Of a stretch of DNA of 64,000 nt, positions 13,601 through 26,574 are shown in pieces; position 1 is the first letter of the stretch; every line of letters begins with the position of its first letter. The notes under the pieces are model-generated. The model was not told where the DNA came from. It saw only the letters and a list, made by a program, of their open reading frames with translations, and did no database searches. The stretch comes from Lingula anatina (lineage: Eukaryota; Animalia; Brachiopoda): positions 17,918,001 to 17,982,000 of the forward strand of contig CM120642.1 of NCBI GenBank assembly GCA_051362555.1, written 5' to 3'. The translations under genes were made by a program, and so were the position numbers.

Positions 13601-16600
13601 TTTAGGAAGCTCATTTGTCTACTATCAGCAGAGGCAAACTGATAGTAGAGAGGTGAGTTTCCAGTGAACTTTGATGCTCAGGGTGCAGATGTTAGATTTT
13701 GGCTTGTTTTACATTGTGCTTCGTTTGCTTCATTTGCTACGTTCTTGTCAGTATTTAAATATGTCAGTTGGCAGCTGATTGGCTGATCTGCTAATACTTG
13801 TTTGTGTTTCTTTCTAAAGCACAGTAAATATAGGGGAAAGTCCTTTGATTTTTAGTAATTGTCATTTGGTTACCTTTGATCTGAGGCATGATATGATCTG
13901 AGAATGATATTCAAAACAAGCATTGACTTTTGCATATACATGTATCTTTTTTGTTTGTTTTTTGTCATGTTAGCTGTATGTATGTAATTTGAAAGACAGA
14001 ATCAGCATTTTAGTGAAGTTTTATTATAAGGCATTGTATCTGAAATATACCCTGTATTGTATGTTGTATTCAGAGGACAATATAAACTTTTTTTTTTTTT
14101 TTTTTTTTTTTGGGGGGGGGGGGGTCTTTGGGTTGTAAGGGAATTATTTATTCGAAAGCCCTATATAAAATGTTTCCAAAGAAACGCAGCTTTGGAAATA
14201 TAATATGTATTTTAATTTATTACTTTCTTGCAGGGATTTTGCATATGTTGCAAGGGATCCTGTCACGCGGAAGCACATGTGCCACGTGTTTCGTTGCGAT
14301 ACACCAGCAAGACAGATTGCAAATACCCTAAGAGACATTTGCCAAAAGATTTTAGCTGAGAAAAAAGAGGATGCGCAAGCTGCTGCCAATGGCACTGCTT
14401 TGCAGAAGATGAGCGTAGCCAGGCCGGATAATTTACCCAACTTGAAGAAGACCAGTGACACAAACGGACAGAAAATTACATTCGAGAGTTTGTATCAAAG
14501 TAAGGAAATTTCCTTGTGTGAGACAATTTACAAATTGTGAACTATGATGTCTATAGTACAGTTTTTGTTTATCATATTGTATTTTAAGTTGTAAAAGACT
14601 GCAGTTATTGTCATATGCACTTGCAGTTTTATCTAAATTTTACCTTATTGCATGTACATGCTAAATTTCTTTTATTTAAGAACTTAGTTCAGTTGGTACA
14701 AATGTAGACTTAGTAAAATTGATTTTAGGTTTCAACAAATACTGAGTAATATATATTTGGTTTCTGTTGTGTACAGGAAATCGATTTGGCTTAGAATGCT
14801 TTATTTTTATGCTCTCATATCTCAAACAGATATCTCTACTGTAACCAGTTTTCTGCTCTATCTCCACTACCAAACTAGCAATTACACAGTTGGGTGTTTG
14901 GTATATTTGGATCTGAATGTCCATTAGATGAAATCCCAGTTGGCTAGCAAAACCAGACATATCCTTTCCTTCCCAGGCAGGCTTCCAACTGAAATCTCAC
15001 TCAAGGCAAAACGCCAAGTGGCATCTTGCCTGGAGAGGTAGAAAATCTATTCTGGATTTGAATCTTCTCTTTTTAGATGCGGCTTTCCCCACTCCAATGG
15101 AGGAGCCAAAGAAAGTGATCAAGTGCCATTACCTTGGCTCCGCAGTTGTACATAAACCAACAGGCGTTGATGTCCTGAATGCAGCTATTGATAGGATATA
15201 TGCCAAGGTGCCGCCGGAGAAGTGGGTCTTCGTGGATGTGGGCGTGGCACCTTCTACTATCACGATAAGCGAACACAAGGTAAGAACTCAATCTGTAATA
15301 TGCTTTTGGATTTCACTTTAAGGGCTTGGGATTTTGAAAAGACTTCATACTTGGTAAAATGATAGAGAAATTGGATTTTTTTTATTATTCTAACATCTGA
15401 TTTTACATATTTTATCAGTGTAACAGAGCCTTACACTCACAATTCTGTTAGATGAATATTGAAGATATGACTATTTGATTTAATGTTGTTTTGTCTGATA
15501 TAATAAAATTAATTAAAACAGAAAAAGGTCCTTATATTAATTGATGAGCTGTAATTTGATTGTTTTGCTCTGAATCACTATGACAACACTACTGGTTTTC
15601 ATCATGGAAAGGTGCAATATATATATTTGCAATAAGGATTTGTTATCATTATTATTATAATTATTATTTTAACAGAAAGCTGAGAACATTTTGGTGGAAA
15701 GCAGAGTTCGCTTCCTGTCTTTCATGGGAATAGCCATGAAAAATGTTAAGTAAGTCAAATTGCAATAATAATTTTCGAAATTTATTTCCAGTTTGACCTT
15801 AACTTATACAGGAAATCACTAACGATTCGCCTATTACAGTACAAGCCCAGTTTGATTTGATACATTGACATTGCCTATCTATATGACAGTGTTTGAGAAT
15901 TGAATTATTAACTGTCAGGCAATTCAGCATATTTGTGCAAACCCAAATATGTTGTTTTTATCTAGGTATTTTTATATAGGTGTAAACTTATATTTTTCTC
16001 CCCTTTTTTCAGACTTTGTGGGTACATAATGCACAATGCCAATGACCACTATATTGCCCATGCATTCCACTGTGAGCCTTCTGCTGGTGCCCTATGTAAA
16101 ACTATTGAAGCAGCTTGTAAGGTAATAATATGGAGAGAAATTAAGACAAAATATGTTCTAGACACACATTATTCACATATTCAGTGGGAAATAGGGCATG
16201 TTTTTACAGGACACCCCTCCCCTTCCAACTTTCTTGTACCAAAAATAATTTTTAAAGTTTTTTTTTCTTTTTTTTTTTTGCAATTTTTGTGTTAGTTTTT
16301 CTCATCAACTATTTATTCATTTTTGCATGAACATTTGTGAATGATTCTAGTTTAGTACGTTCCTAATATGCAGTTTGACAGTACACTGTCAGTATATTTC
16401 ACCATTTAATATCATCAGTGTTGTTGTTGTGTTGATCTAAATGTACAACATGTTTAAAAGATGCATGCCCTATTTCTCCTTAAAACATTGCTGTATTTTT
16501 CTCAGTGCGTATGAGAATGTGCATGTTTATATCTAGTAAGTTGTTAGAAAATTGGTAGCATATTTGGATAGACTAATTGCATAATGCTTCAACATAGGAG

Positions 16601-18768
16601 TACCAGTATATGTATATACATTATTTTATATTATATATATAATAGTTATATGAGTTTGACAGATTGTACTTAGATGTCCCTCTGTTACCAGTGATAGTAG
16701 ATTTTGGACAGCATATTTTGTGCTACATTTTACCTCACAGTAATATATATACATCAGCATCAAAGTTTCTTTTTTTTGTGTAGAAATTGAGTAATCTATT
16801 GCATGTTTTCATATATTTGTGTGATATTTTGTTACAGCTTCGATTCACCAAACTTCTCGATTCACACCCTGCTCCGGCTGAGGTAAAAATGATTTTTGAG
16901 GCCATGTTGATTAGAAAGGAATATTATTAAGCCTTCAATTTTAGAAGTGTTTTTATCCTATACTATGAGGACTTATGTAATTTTTCAAAATATTGCTGTA
17001 TTCTCTCCCATTTGATTTTCCAAATTTAACCATTTATTTTCATAAAATCTGACTCCTTTTCTTTGTTGTTTAACATAAATATATATGATATGCAGACTTT
17101 CAGTCATTTTTAGCTGTCCAAAAATTACAAGCAAATTCTGATTCTCCCTCAATTTTCTTGTTCCTTCTTCCTCAATGTAAAAAAATCTAAATCCTCTCAC
17201 ATACAATTTTCCTGCATTCCAGTGGAGAACCTTGAAATCATCCAGATCATTTTGTTTAAGAAGTGTATTGTCTGAAATTGCTCAAAAGACAATCCAAAAC
17301 ATGGCTGTCACCAAATAAACTTTCAAAGCTGCCCAATGTTGTTTTTTTTTTAACCAGGACACCAGCTTTAATCTCATGCAATCTTACAGGAAGTGGATAT
17401 GAGAGGGCCTAGATTCATATCAAATTGCTTCTTCCTGCAGTGTACCTCTGTTTATATTGAACTTCTCTACCCAGCAAAGTAATAATGATTTAATTGATTC
17501 ACTATGAATGGAATGTTTCTAATGAACATGGCTTTAGGATTTTTATCCAACATATTTCATCAGGTGACGGGTGTTGAATGAGTTGTATTGCAGTGCTAAT
17601 TGTGATACAGTTCTTTATTTATTTATTTATTTATTTATTTATTTTTTTTTTTTTTTTTTTACCTTTTAAATGTTGTTAAAGTGCTTACAGCATGTGCAAA
17701 TTATTTGTCTCTGATGTGGATAGCTTAAAATAAATTTAGGCTAGTTTGCTATGAGTTACTTTATTTTCTATAAAATAGGCATTAGCTTTTTCATTTTGTA
17801 CTTTAGTAAATTAGATATATGAAATTGAACACCTTAATTTTGAGAGCTCTTTATAACTAAATGTGGCAATAAATACAAAATAACTGTTATAAATAAATTA
17901 AATTTTCATTGTATAGTGACATGAAATTATAAGTTTTCTAGTCTATTTTGAATCCATGCATTTGCGTACTATTACTGTATGAGGAATGCAGTAGTTCAAT
18001 AATCCCTTTATAAGTTCCAAGTACTAGTACAATTTTATGCAGATATGTTGAACATTGGGAATCCATCACCAAACTATTATGGCTTATTTCTGTTAATATT
18101 TTATTGGTGTTACATACATGTCATTTTAAACCAATCCCATGTTATTGTTGTTGTAGCTGCGGTATCAGAAATGCCTGGATGCCCACCCACAAACACCTGA
18201 CCACAAGAAACAACAGCAAAGCAAGGTATGTGCATGATTATCACACTGAGACATTGGGGTATCAGAAGTGTGTATTATAGTTTTAAATGAAACTGAAAAA
18301 TATGTTTCTCAGCCCTGTAAATTTCTGACCTTAATGATCAATCAATCTTTATTCGGCAGCTTCTAAAATATTGTTTTTATTGTACATGTACAATGTACTT
18401 ATTATAATTATATGTAGTTCTTGAATATTGAATTTAGATAAATTCTATTACATTCAATTGCTAATATTTATTGAACTGCCAGGTTGCCAACTTTATCATT
18501 CTTATAAAGTAGAGATATGTGGAGTGTTAGTCATTTTATTAACAATAGAACAATGGTTAAATTTAACAATTGAAATGTGTGCAATTATTGTTTATACAAT
18601 TCTTGTTTATACAGGTTTACTTAAGTTGGCAATTTTGATATTGTTTCGCTACTAAATATATGGATTCATTTTATAATTTAGACAAATCATATTTTCCAGG
18701 GTATTGGTGCTACATTAAAGTCTGTTTTTGGAACTCTTGTTCCTAAGAAGAAAAACAGCAAGAGCTAA
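107..18768 (+). CDS. APBB2: Amyloid-beta precursor protein-binding family B / Fe65 homolog (WW-PTB1-PTB2 adaptor); 5' part lies upstream of the window
   Basis: Phase-consistent GT-AG exons: 107-149, 7149-7270, [9324-9469 or 10526-10629], 11454-11679, 12146-12273, 14234-14499, 15077-15279, 15676-15749, 16013-16121, [16838-16882 or 18157-18225], 18700-18768 (TAA). Spliced protein has WW LPPGWEKHEDKEGPYYWHIKSGTIQREPP, PTB1 RFAVRSLGWV...IRVWGVGRDNGRDFAYVARD...CHVFRCDTPA, and PTB2 FPTPMEEPKK...RVRFLSFMGI...[30 protein letters not shown]. The paralog number is nominal; this is probably co-orthologous to APBB1/2/3. Confidence 0.95.
1551..1606. repeat. (CT)n microsatellite
   Basis: Run of ctctct..., imperfect at the 5' side. 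Confidence 0.9.
2771..4325 (+). repeat. Diverged ~150-bp dispersed direct repeat, two copies (~2771-2930 and ~4180-4325)
   Basis: ccatggcaaccacgggaaatttgctccctgg...ggtgttctactttgagaaattagt versus ccatggcaaccgcaggaaatttgctccctgg...ggtgttctggtttgagaaattagt. Confidence 0.85.
9324..9469 (+). CDS. APBB2: APBB/Fe65 alternative linker exon A (VNEAPHVPH...EFDPLA)
   Basis: cccag acceptor, open frame, GG|gtatga donor; phase 0 to phase 2, fits between 7270 and 11454. Confidence 0.6.
10526..10629 (+). CDS. APBB2: APBB/Fe65 alternative linker exon B (DSIPDSPSS...AAQSLSSL)
   Basis: Strong pyrimidine tract plus cag, open frame, CT|gtaagc donor; phase 0 to phase 2. Confidence 0.75.
16838..16882 (+). CDS. 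APBB2: APBB/Fe65 duplicated alternative exon for the PTB2 C-terminal helix (LRFTKLLDSHPAPAE)
   Basis: ttacag acceptor, GAG|gtaaaa donor, 45 nt, phase 0/0; peptide aligns with canonical exon 18157-18225 ([15 protein letters not shown]). Confidence 0.7.
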
Positions 18769-21700
18769 CCATACCAGTACTGTCACCTGGTGGCAGTTTA
18801 TGAGCGAAGATGAGAAAGAGATTGCACTTTTAGTTTTCATTGGTCAAGGAATCCTACCCCGCACCAAATATGTAACTTGTCATCATTGGCTATGATAGGA
18901 GGGCTTTAATTGCTGCACAGCACAAAGACATGTCTTAACCATGCACCATTCTGTGTGTTGTTGCCAAAGTTGGTAAAATTAAAGCAAGCTCGAGATTTAA
19001 ACTTTTGGTACAGGAGATGAAGTCACTGATGTTGTACGTGGGTGGTTCATCCTGAATTTGATGGACATTTGGAATTTATGAGAAGAATTCATTCATAAAC
19101 GTTGTTATGCCATTCGCAATGAAGACTTGGTTTGAAAAGAGTTTGAAAAAAATTATTTGATTGCAGTGTTTTATAGCTTCTAGTTTATGAATAACCAGCT
19201 TTCTAATTTGGGTCAACCGCAGGCTACGGCAGTGCTACATGTATAAACATATGACGATGAAGTCTTGCTGTACAGTTACATGGTCATTCAGAAAAGACAA
19301 CACGAGCCCTAGAAAACATTGCCTTAATATACAAAATGATATACATATCACAGAAGAAATGACGTATCATGGAAGTAACTATGGAAAAGTTTATCATTAA
19401 CCATTGGGTCAGTAATTTACTTCATTGGAAGATTAATATAATAAATTGACACTAATCTCAATTTTTGTGCAATAATATGAAAACAGTTAAACAAAATGTA
19501 CAGCTGGCTTGCAGCTGTAGCTGGCACACCGGACTACATGAGATTACAGTACATCCAAAGACAATCAACCATATTTGTCAGCAAGGACAGGCCTCATAAG
19601 TAGATTTATTATCAGTGCAATGGGTATTAATCAGGCACACAAACTTCCTTGTGTATTCTTATTATTTTATGAATACTTCATTTGTACATGCTGAATATGG
19701 GCTTAATATATATGCTTCCTGTTCTTGTTAATTTGCACAAATTATGATCAACATATCGGTCACAGCTCTGGAGGTGGTCTTCAAATTGAAGTGCACAGCT
19801 GTTAAATGAACATTTGTATTGTACCTTTGGAGATGTCCATGGCATTTATGTGTATTTGTTTGTGGCAGTATAAAAATTCTGGTACATCTCCCTACTTGCT
19901 TTATATCACATTGAACAGCCAGAGCTTGAGGAGTTTTATTCCTTGAGTGAGAATTCTGTATGCATTTATACTCCTGTTAGTCCTTCACCTCGTATTCTGC
20001 TCCATCTTGAGAAATTGGAGTCTTCCAGGTTTTATAATTCTTGCACATTATTAGTCTTCACAAAAAAAATGAAATCTAGTCCCATTAAGAGAGGAAGTTG
20101 ATGCATTTTAGTGTAAAGGTATAGGGTAAGGAACACACACACCGTACACACACACCTCATGTACCCCCACTGAACATATAAACTTTTACATTCTGTATCA
20201 AATTGCATGAAACCTTGTACGTTAAATGTAGCAAAGGAATTATGTTAGTACAGTTGAGCATTTAACACCTGCAGGGCCCAAATTAACAAATTAGAATGAT
20301 AGTTCCCTACTCTTGCAGTGTAGCGTTATTAAAATGAGTTATAATTGTAATTTAAAAAGCTATGTGAAGTATTTAAATATCTAGACTTAGTATTAAACCG
20401 TGCTTGAAGCATTCTTAAAACTGCTCAATGTATGTTATGATCATATTCCATTTGCTGAGAGAAATTGCTAAAAAAATAATTAGTTAATGTTTGTGTCTCA
20501 CAGTCTCATTGTTCAAAGTCATATCATGTGGCACATGTAAAGGACATAAGAAAAAAGTCATGTTAATTATAAATTTTGTATCAAAGTACAGTAACCTACA
20601 GGTGTACACCCATGTACATTTTCAGCTTCTGCTGTGATCTGCATACTTCAGAATTCAAAAGGATACTACCACAAGTCATCTTTTTGGGGCATTGGCAATG
20701 ATGTTTACTGAAATACTTATATGGTGAAATGCTGTCAAATTTTCCCACGTGTATACTTCTGTATTAAGATATTTAATTTGTGATAGTTCAACAGTCTCAT
20801 GCATTAGGGTATGTTCATCTAAAGGGGATAATGAATCTTAGTATCAATTAAGTTCATATGGGTAACAGCACTGGCCATATCCTCGCATTTGTTAAATTTA
20901 GGGAAGTTGGTACATATATGGAAGAAAAAAAATAATTTTGAGATTTCTTATTATAGTACATTACTATATTATATTATTAATATTAACTTTATACATATAC
21001 ATGTATACTGGTGATTCCACTTAAGTTCACCCTTTTAAGAAAAGTGTAAATTTATGTGCAAAAGTCAAAATCATTGTACAAATTATCATTCCTGACAACC
21101 ACGGTGGTGAACCATTACTCCAAATCAGTTTTAGGGAAGTTTTTTTTTTAACAAGATTTATTAATAAACCCAGATAAGATTCCTTCATCGAGCTGTTACT
21201 TAAATGTAAGAAAAACTTGTCCAGAGGGATATTCAAATCGTCATATCACTGTTTGTCAAATGATCTTTTAGGGTCATTTGTTGTAAATAAGTAACTGCTT
21301 TAAATATATAACTAGAATTTTAAGTGAATGTGTGATACTTATAGACCTAATGGCTGCATGATGAGGAGATGAAATATACTGATGAGTGAAATTAGATTTT
21401 AAGACATGTAAGTCGATTCCTTTACTCTCTATGTAAAGGTGAATGAAGATTGTATTGAGGATATATATAATTGAAGAGCACCATATTTAGTAGCATTTAG
21501 TCTTGTCATTTGTCAGAAGTGGTTATTTCAATGATCTCAACTAGTCACGGTATGAAAATCGGATCTTGTGATTAAAGGTTATTCAAGAACTGATAACCTC
21601 AGTTGATCAAAACCTTGTACTTAGATAAGCAGTTGAAAAGAAGTTCAGTAAGGGTACTGCCTGGTCACATTACCCCTAGACTACGCATCCCTGTAATTTC

Positions 21701-21957
21701 TAGTAACTTAAGTCAATGTTCAGTTGCATTTGTGATCATTTTGTGCTATTTTTTGTACTGTTTCAATCAAAGAAAGTGGAATATCTAAGAAGAGTTTCTA
21801 ACAAGCAAATATAGTAGAATATACTGTATCTTATAGACCCGATGCTTCTAATGAACTTCATGTACTATTAACTGAGAGCATATGCTTGTAGTTATTTAAC
21901 TTGTCCGGCAGCTTTATTCAGCTCACAGTTACTGATTATAAACCTACTTTAAATATT

Positions 21958-21992
21958 AATAAAATATACCTATTAAAGTTTGCATGAATAAA
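21958..21992 (+). terminator. Candidate polyadenylation signals of APBB (implies ~3.2-kb 3' UTR)
   Basis: AATAAA at 21958-21963 and 21987-21992, followed by a T-rich tract, just before the convergent NSUN7 3' end. Confidence 0.55.
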
Positions 21993-22112
21993 GCCATTTA
22001 TCTAAAAACCGAATCTTATTTTTTGTTACTAATTTTTCTCCAAGAGCCATCACTAAGCTTGTAGTAAGGGCTTCCAGGAAAGCAGAGATAAAAGATAATA
22101 CAACAGAATTAC

Positions 22113-22135
22113 TTTAATGCAAAACTTGATTTATT
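22113..22135 (-). terminator. Candidate polyadenylation signals of NSUN7
   Basis: Minus-strand AATAAA (22130-22135) and ATTAAA (22113-22118). Confidence 0.5.
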
Positions 22136-23131
22136 AAAAAAATTGCTGCAAAAATATACTTCAAACACATTTGATTCAATAATAAACAATACTGAACATG
22201 AAACAATGAAGTTCATAAATGAACAAGTGTCTTGCTTGGTACATGAAACAAAAAAAAAATGGTAACAATTGTCATTTGCTATGTCTCAGCACCTGCACTT
22301 CACAGTCATGGAGACAAAACCCTGAGTATTGTAAACAATGCCAACTCTATTTAATTTTAGGCAATATGAATGTCTCCTCGCTAAGTAAAAACTCAACTTA
22401 CATCTATTCAATGCCCGTCTTTAGACTCAGGGTGTTTTGAAAACATTTCACACTAGGGCTCTGCTTATTTGCAAAATGGTGTGCTCGGAAGACTGTGAGA
22501 TTGACCTCAACTAATTCTGTTGTTTCAGAAATTTGATTTGATTTAATTTGATGACACATTAAAAAATTAATGCTTTACAAAATGCCACTATTTATGAACT
22601 CGGAGTTGTTTTAAAATATGAATTAATTATAAAAGTATGACAAAAATAAATAAACTGAGAACATAAATTGCCATCAAAGATTAATTTTGATTTTCCGTAT
22701 GCCATGTTATCAAACAAAACAGATGAACTTAAATATAATCTTAATATAAGACAAACTTAAAAACAACATTAACAATTTGACACAATTAAAACAGGAGGTT
22801 CAGCAGTCAATTCTATCATAGCCTGGTAGTTTAAAATAGCATTTTCAGGGACGGTTCCAGAGAAATTTTCTGACAGTCTTCCAAAGTATCCTTGTAGATC
22901 CATCCTCTAGCTATCTAAAATTAGATACCCATCAATGTAAACTTGAAAATCTGACCATCTTCTGAAAGACCCAGAAGACTGCCTCAATCCGCCCCCGATT
23001 TTCTAAACTGAAGTCAGCATTAGTGGAAAAGCACATGCATTTCCAAGTTTGTATGGGTACATATACTGCTACTGGGCACAATGGTTTGTTCTCCTCCTTG
23101 TCCTCATCCTCTTGTCTCAGCTTCCAATTGG

Positions 23132-23144
23132 CTACTTCTTTTTG
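23132..23144 (-). CDS. NSUN7: Possible alternative terminal exon of NSUN7 (...PFSKKK-stop)
   Basis: The TGA at 24389-24391 overlaps a donor-like AG|GTGAAT. The acceptor tttctgtttctcatag before 23144 gives in-phase S-K-K-K-TAG and leads into the 3' UTR ending near 22110. Confidence 0.5.
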
Positions 23145-24388
23145 CTATGAGAAACAGAAAAATATAAGTATAATGAAATGCATTCAAGTTGAATTGAGTT
23201 AAATGTTCTATTTAGTATGCCATCTGAATGTCTTCATTGGTTGCCTTAATCATCAATTGCCTTTCATCATCAATTTTATTTTGACAATGTTTTAATTGGC
23301 AAAGGTACAGCAGTGAACGACAATTTTAAAAATAGTAAAATTAACAATTATTAATGAACATCTCTGCAACAAATTCAACAAACAATATTTATGAAAAAGA
23401 AATTTTCAAAAACTCAGTCTAATTACCTGTGCAGTAAAGTTGAAGAATTAAAGACACTCCAAACAGATAAGTGTGAATCAGTGATCACTGCAGCTAGTAT
23501 GAACTGTTCAAGGTGCATTCACAAGCAAACCAAGTTAAACTGTAGATATCAAATAATACCTTTTCCTGTCTAAATTAGCATGGTTTTGAATGCGCCTGAA
23601 TTCAGTTAAAAGGCAAAGCAAAATGTAATACTGTAACATATTTTAAAGTTAATTGCAGTTAGCTTCCTGAAAACAAAGCCCTTAGTGATAATCAGGACTC
23701 ATGTAGATGATCTACAATTTTCTGGAAGGGGGGGGGGGGGGGGGGTCAGGCACTTGCCTGAAAGTTGATTAAATCTTTAATGCATAAGTTTATTATGAAG
23801 AAAATTAAATCAAATCAATCAATCAAATCAAATTTGTTAATCTATAAAAATGTCAACTACTGATTAACTAAAAGGAAGCATTTGTTTATTTATTGATTGC
23901 CATTAGCAGTCAATTATATAGAAAGATAGTTGGCAAACAGCACCTCTATCATTCAAAGCTGGATTTAAATATCTGCAAATGAGCTAAAGGCAAAAATCAT
24001 TCAAACTGTACATCGGTGCATGTATTATTATTATAGTTATTGTAAGTTCATTGTTGAATATGTATATATAACTGATACAATTGTTTTTAGTATTGTTTTT
24101 TAAAAGGATTATAGAGAAGCAATTGTTTATATTTTATAATTGCATTTGCATCCAATCAAATTAATTTGAAAAGGAGAGAGAGAGAGAGTTTAAATGAACA
24201 GTGAAGTTAAATGCAGTGCAAATAAACTCTAGTAGTCTTATCTTCAAACTAAAGACTACAAAAAAGTGAATTAGTAAAGTTGATTCAGCACAAATAAAAA
24301 TCATAAGTCCAAATGTTACATGCAGATTCATTACTCCTGCATCAAAAGGTGCAAACATGTTAAAGTCAAGCTTTCTCCGTTTATCAAT

Positions 24389-26543
24389 TCACCTGAAAGG
24401 TTTGGGATGGTTCACTATGTGAAGCTCCATTGTTTTTGTTTTTGCTGTCGCAGCTTGCGTAGACTTTGACGTAGAAACAACAGATTCCCTCTTCTTTTCC
24501 TTCAAGGCAACACCGGAGCCAAAAGCCACGCCCGATTTCTTCGGAACTTTAACAGCAGGCGAGTGCGACTGATGCTGCTTGGTGACATGCGCATTCGGCA
24601 ACGAGACTGTGGCCTTCCGCTGGGGTGACAACCCGCTTTTCCTGGCTACAAAACTACTCTTGGCTCTTTTTGGTGACTTCTTGCGAGGTTTACAGTTTGG
24701 TTTATTGTTGTCGTCATCAACGTCCATCTTTTCTTCACCACCAAGTATTCCCATAGCTCTGGCCCTTGCAAGGACATCCTTAGCAGCTTCCTGTTTATCC
24801 TCAGCCTAAGAAAATGGAATGTCACATAAAAAAATACCACTAAAGTACTAAATATTTCTGTTCTGTTTAAAAATATCATTTGGCAACACTACTGCCATAA
24901 CAGAAATGACCCAAGTATTTATTTCAATAGATATTTTACACATATATGGGAGCATTAAATTATGTCATCCAATGTTAAGATTAAGTATTCATACATTAGC
25001 CATCAGCAAAACTGCACATCAAAACAAATAATAACATAAGCTGTTTAATTTTGTAAAACATAAGTCTCCATTAAAGACATGAGATATCTGATATGCTTAT
25101 TGCAATGCATTTCCATACCTCTCGTCCCACTACTGCACAAAAGCACCCTGTCATTTTTGGCGTCTTCTCAAACTTGAGAAACCGGTCTCTCACAGTGCGA
25201 GGACTCGACTCCAGGTCTTTCTCCACAATAGGAATGACTGGAGGAATGATCCTGAACTGACATTTACGGTTGTTGTTTTGTTGGTTGATGGTATTTATTG
25301 CATGGATAGCTCTTGTGATGACATCGTCGTTCTCTCTGGACACTATCGAGTGTGTCGTATAGACTACTGCTTGTACTCGAGGGACTGAGAAAAAAAAAAT
25401 CACATGTATACATCATCTGGTGCCTCATCTTTTCTGATCATTATCATGAACTATGTCATATGTTAAACTTAGGAGAAAAATGTATGTCATCCTAAACACA
25501 TGAAAAAGACTCTGTGATTGGTCAATATACTTACATCTCATGGCATGTCTGAGAGCAGCCCCATTATTGGCCATCATTTCTCCCATTCTGGAGATGTCCG
25601 TCTCTCCCACAGACAAGTTCTTCAAGATTGACATGTCTGGTAAAACAATAATTTTTTTAATGACCATTCAAAAATTACATTTTGAAAAATATGTGTATCA
25701 ATAAAATTTATATCATTTCCATCTGATTTGAGACTTGTGAGGCAGGCAAAAATTATACACTATATTTTAACTTTAAGTTTAAAATGTTCACTTTTTTATG
25801 AAAATTTTTAAAAATCGGATCAACCCTGTGACAAAACTAACTTTTTTACATCTATCAGACTGATTTACTGGTGCATGTATGAATATATGTGGCAATGCCT
25901 GCCATTTTTCTTTTTACTTCAAAAATACAATCAATCAGTTTATTTATCCACATATCAACCCACCAATCAAAACATCAATGGTTACATGTTAGTAAAAAGA
26001 AACTTATTTATTAAAAAATTAAATTTAATTAAAAAAATTATTTAAAAAAACAGCACCTACCTTCTCCTTCATTGACAATAAAATCCACAGGGTTACTGAT
26101 ACCAGACTTGCTGCACTTGGCTGTAACCAGGATGCCTTTCACATTCCTGAACCTCACATCATCTGGAGCCACGCTGCTGAACTCTTCCATTATCAGCTTT
26201 ACATCTGGGGTAGCCAGTCAAGGAATATACTCAGGGGCTGTTAGAGGCCATCTATTGGGCACTGCCAGGAGACATATATCTTTAAATTTTTTACTACTAC
26301 AAAACATTGATTTAAAAGCAACAGTACTAGGCTGAAAATCCTGCATATTGCTACATGTACATCTTTTAACTTTTACCAAATTGAATATGCTTTTTAAATG
26401 TCAGAAATATTTCAGTTGGCAAATATCCGGTAATTTCATTACAAGTATAACAGGAAAGCATGTTAGTTTGTAGTACCTTTACTGTATCATTACTCTAAAG
26501 CTTCCCTTTCCTCAAATACCAAACCTTCTATCCCCCCATTCCC

Positions 26544-26574
<31 letters not shown>

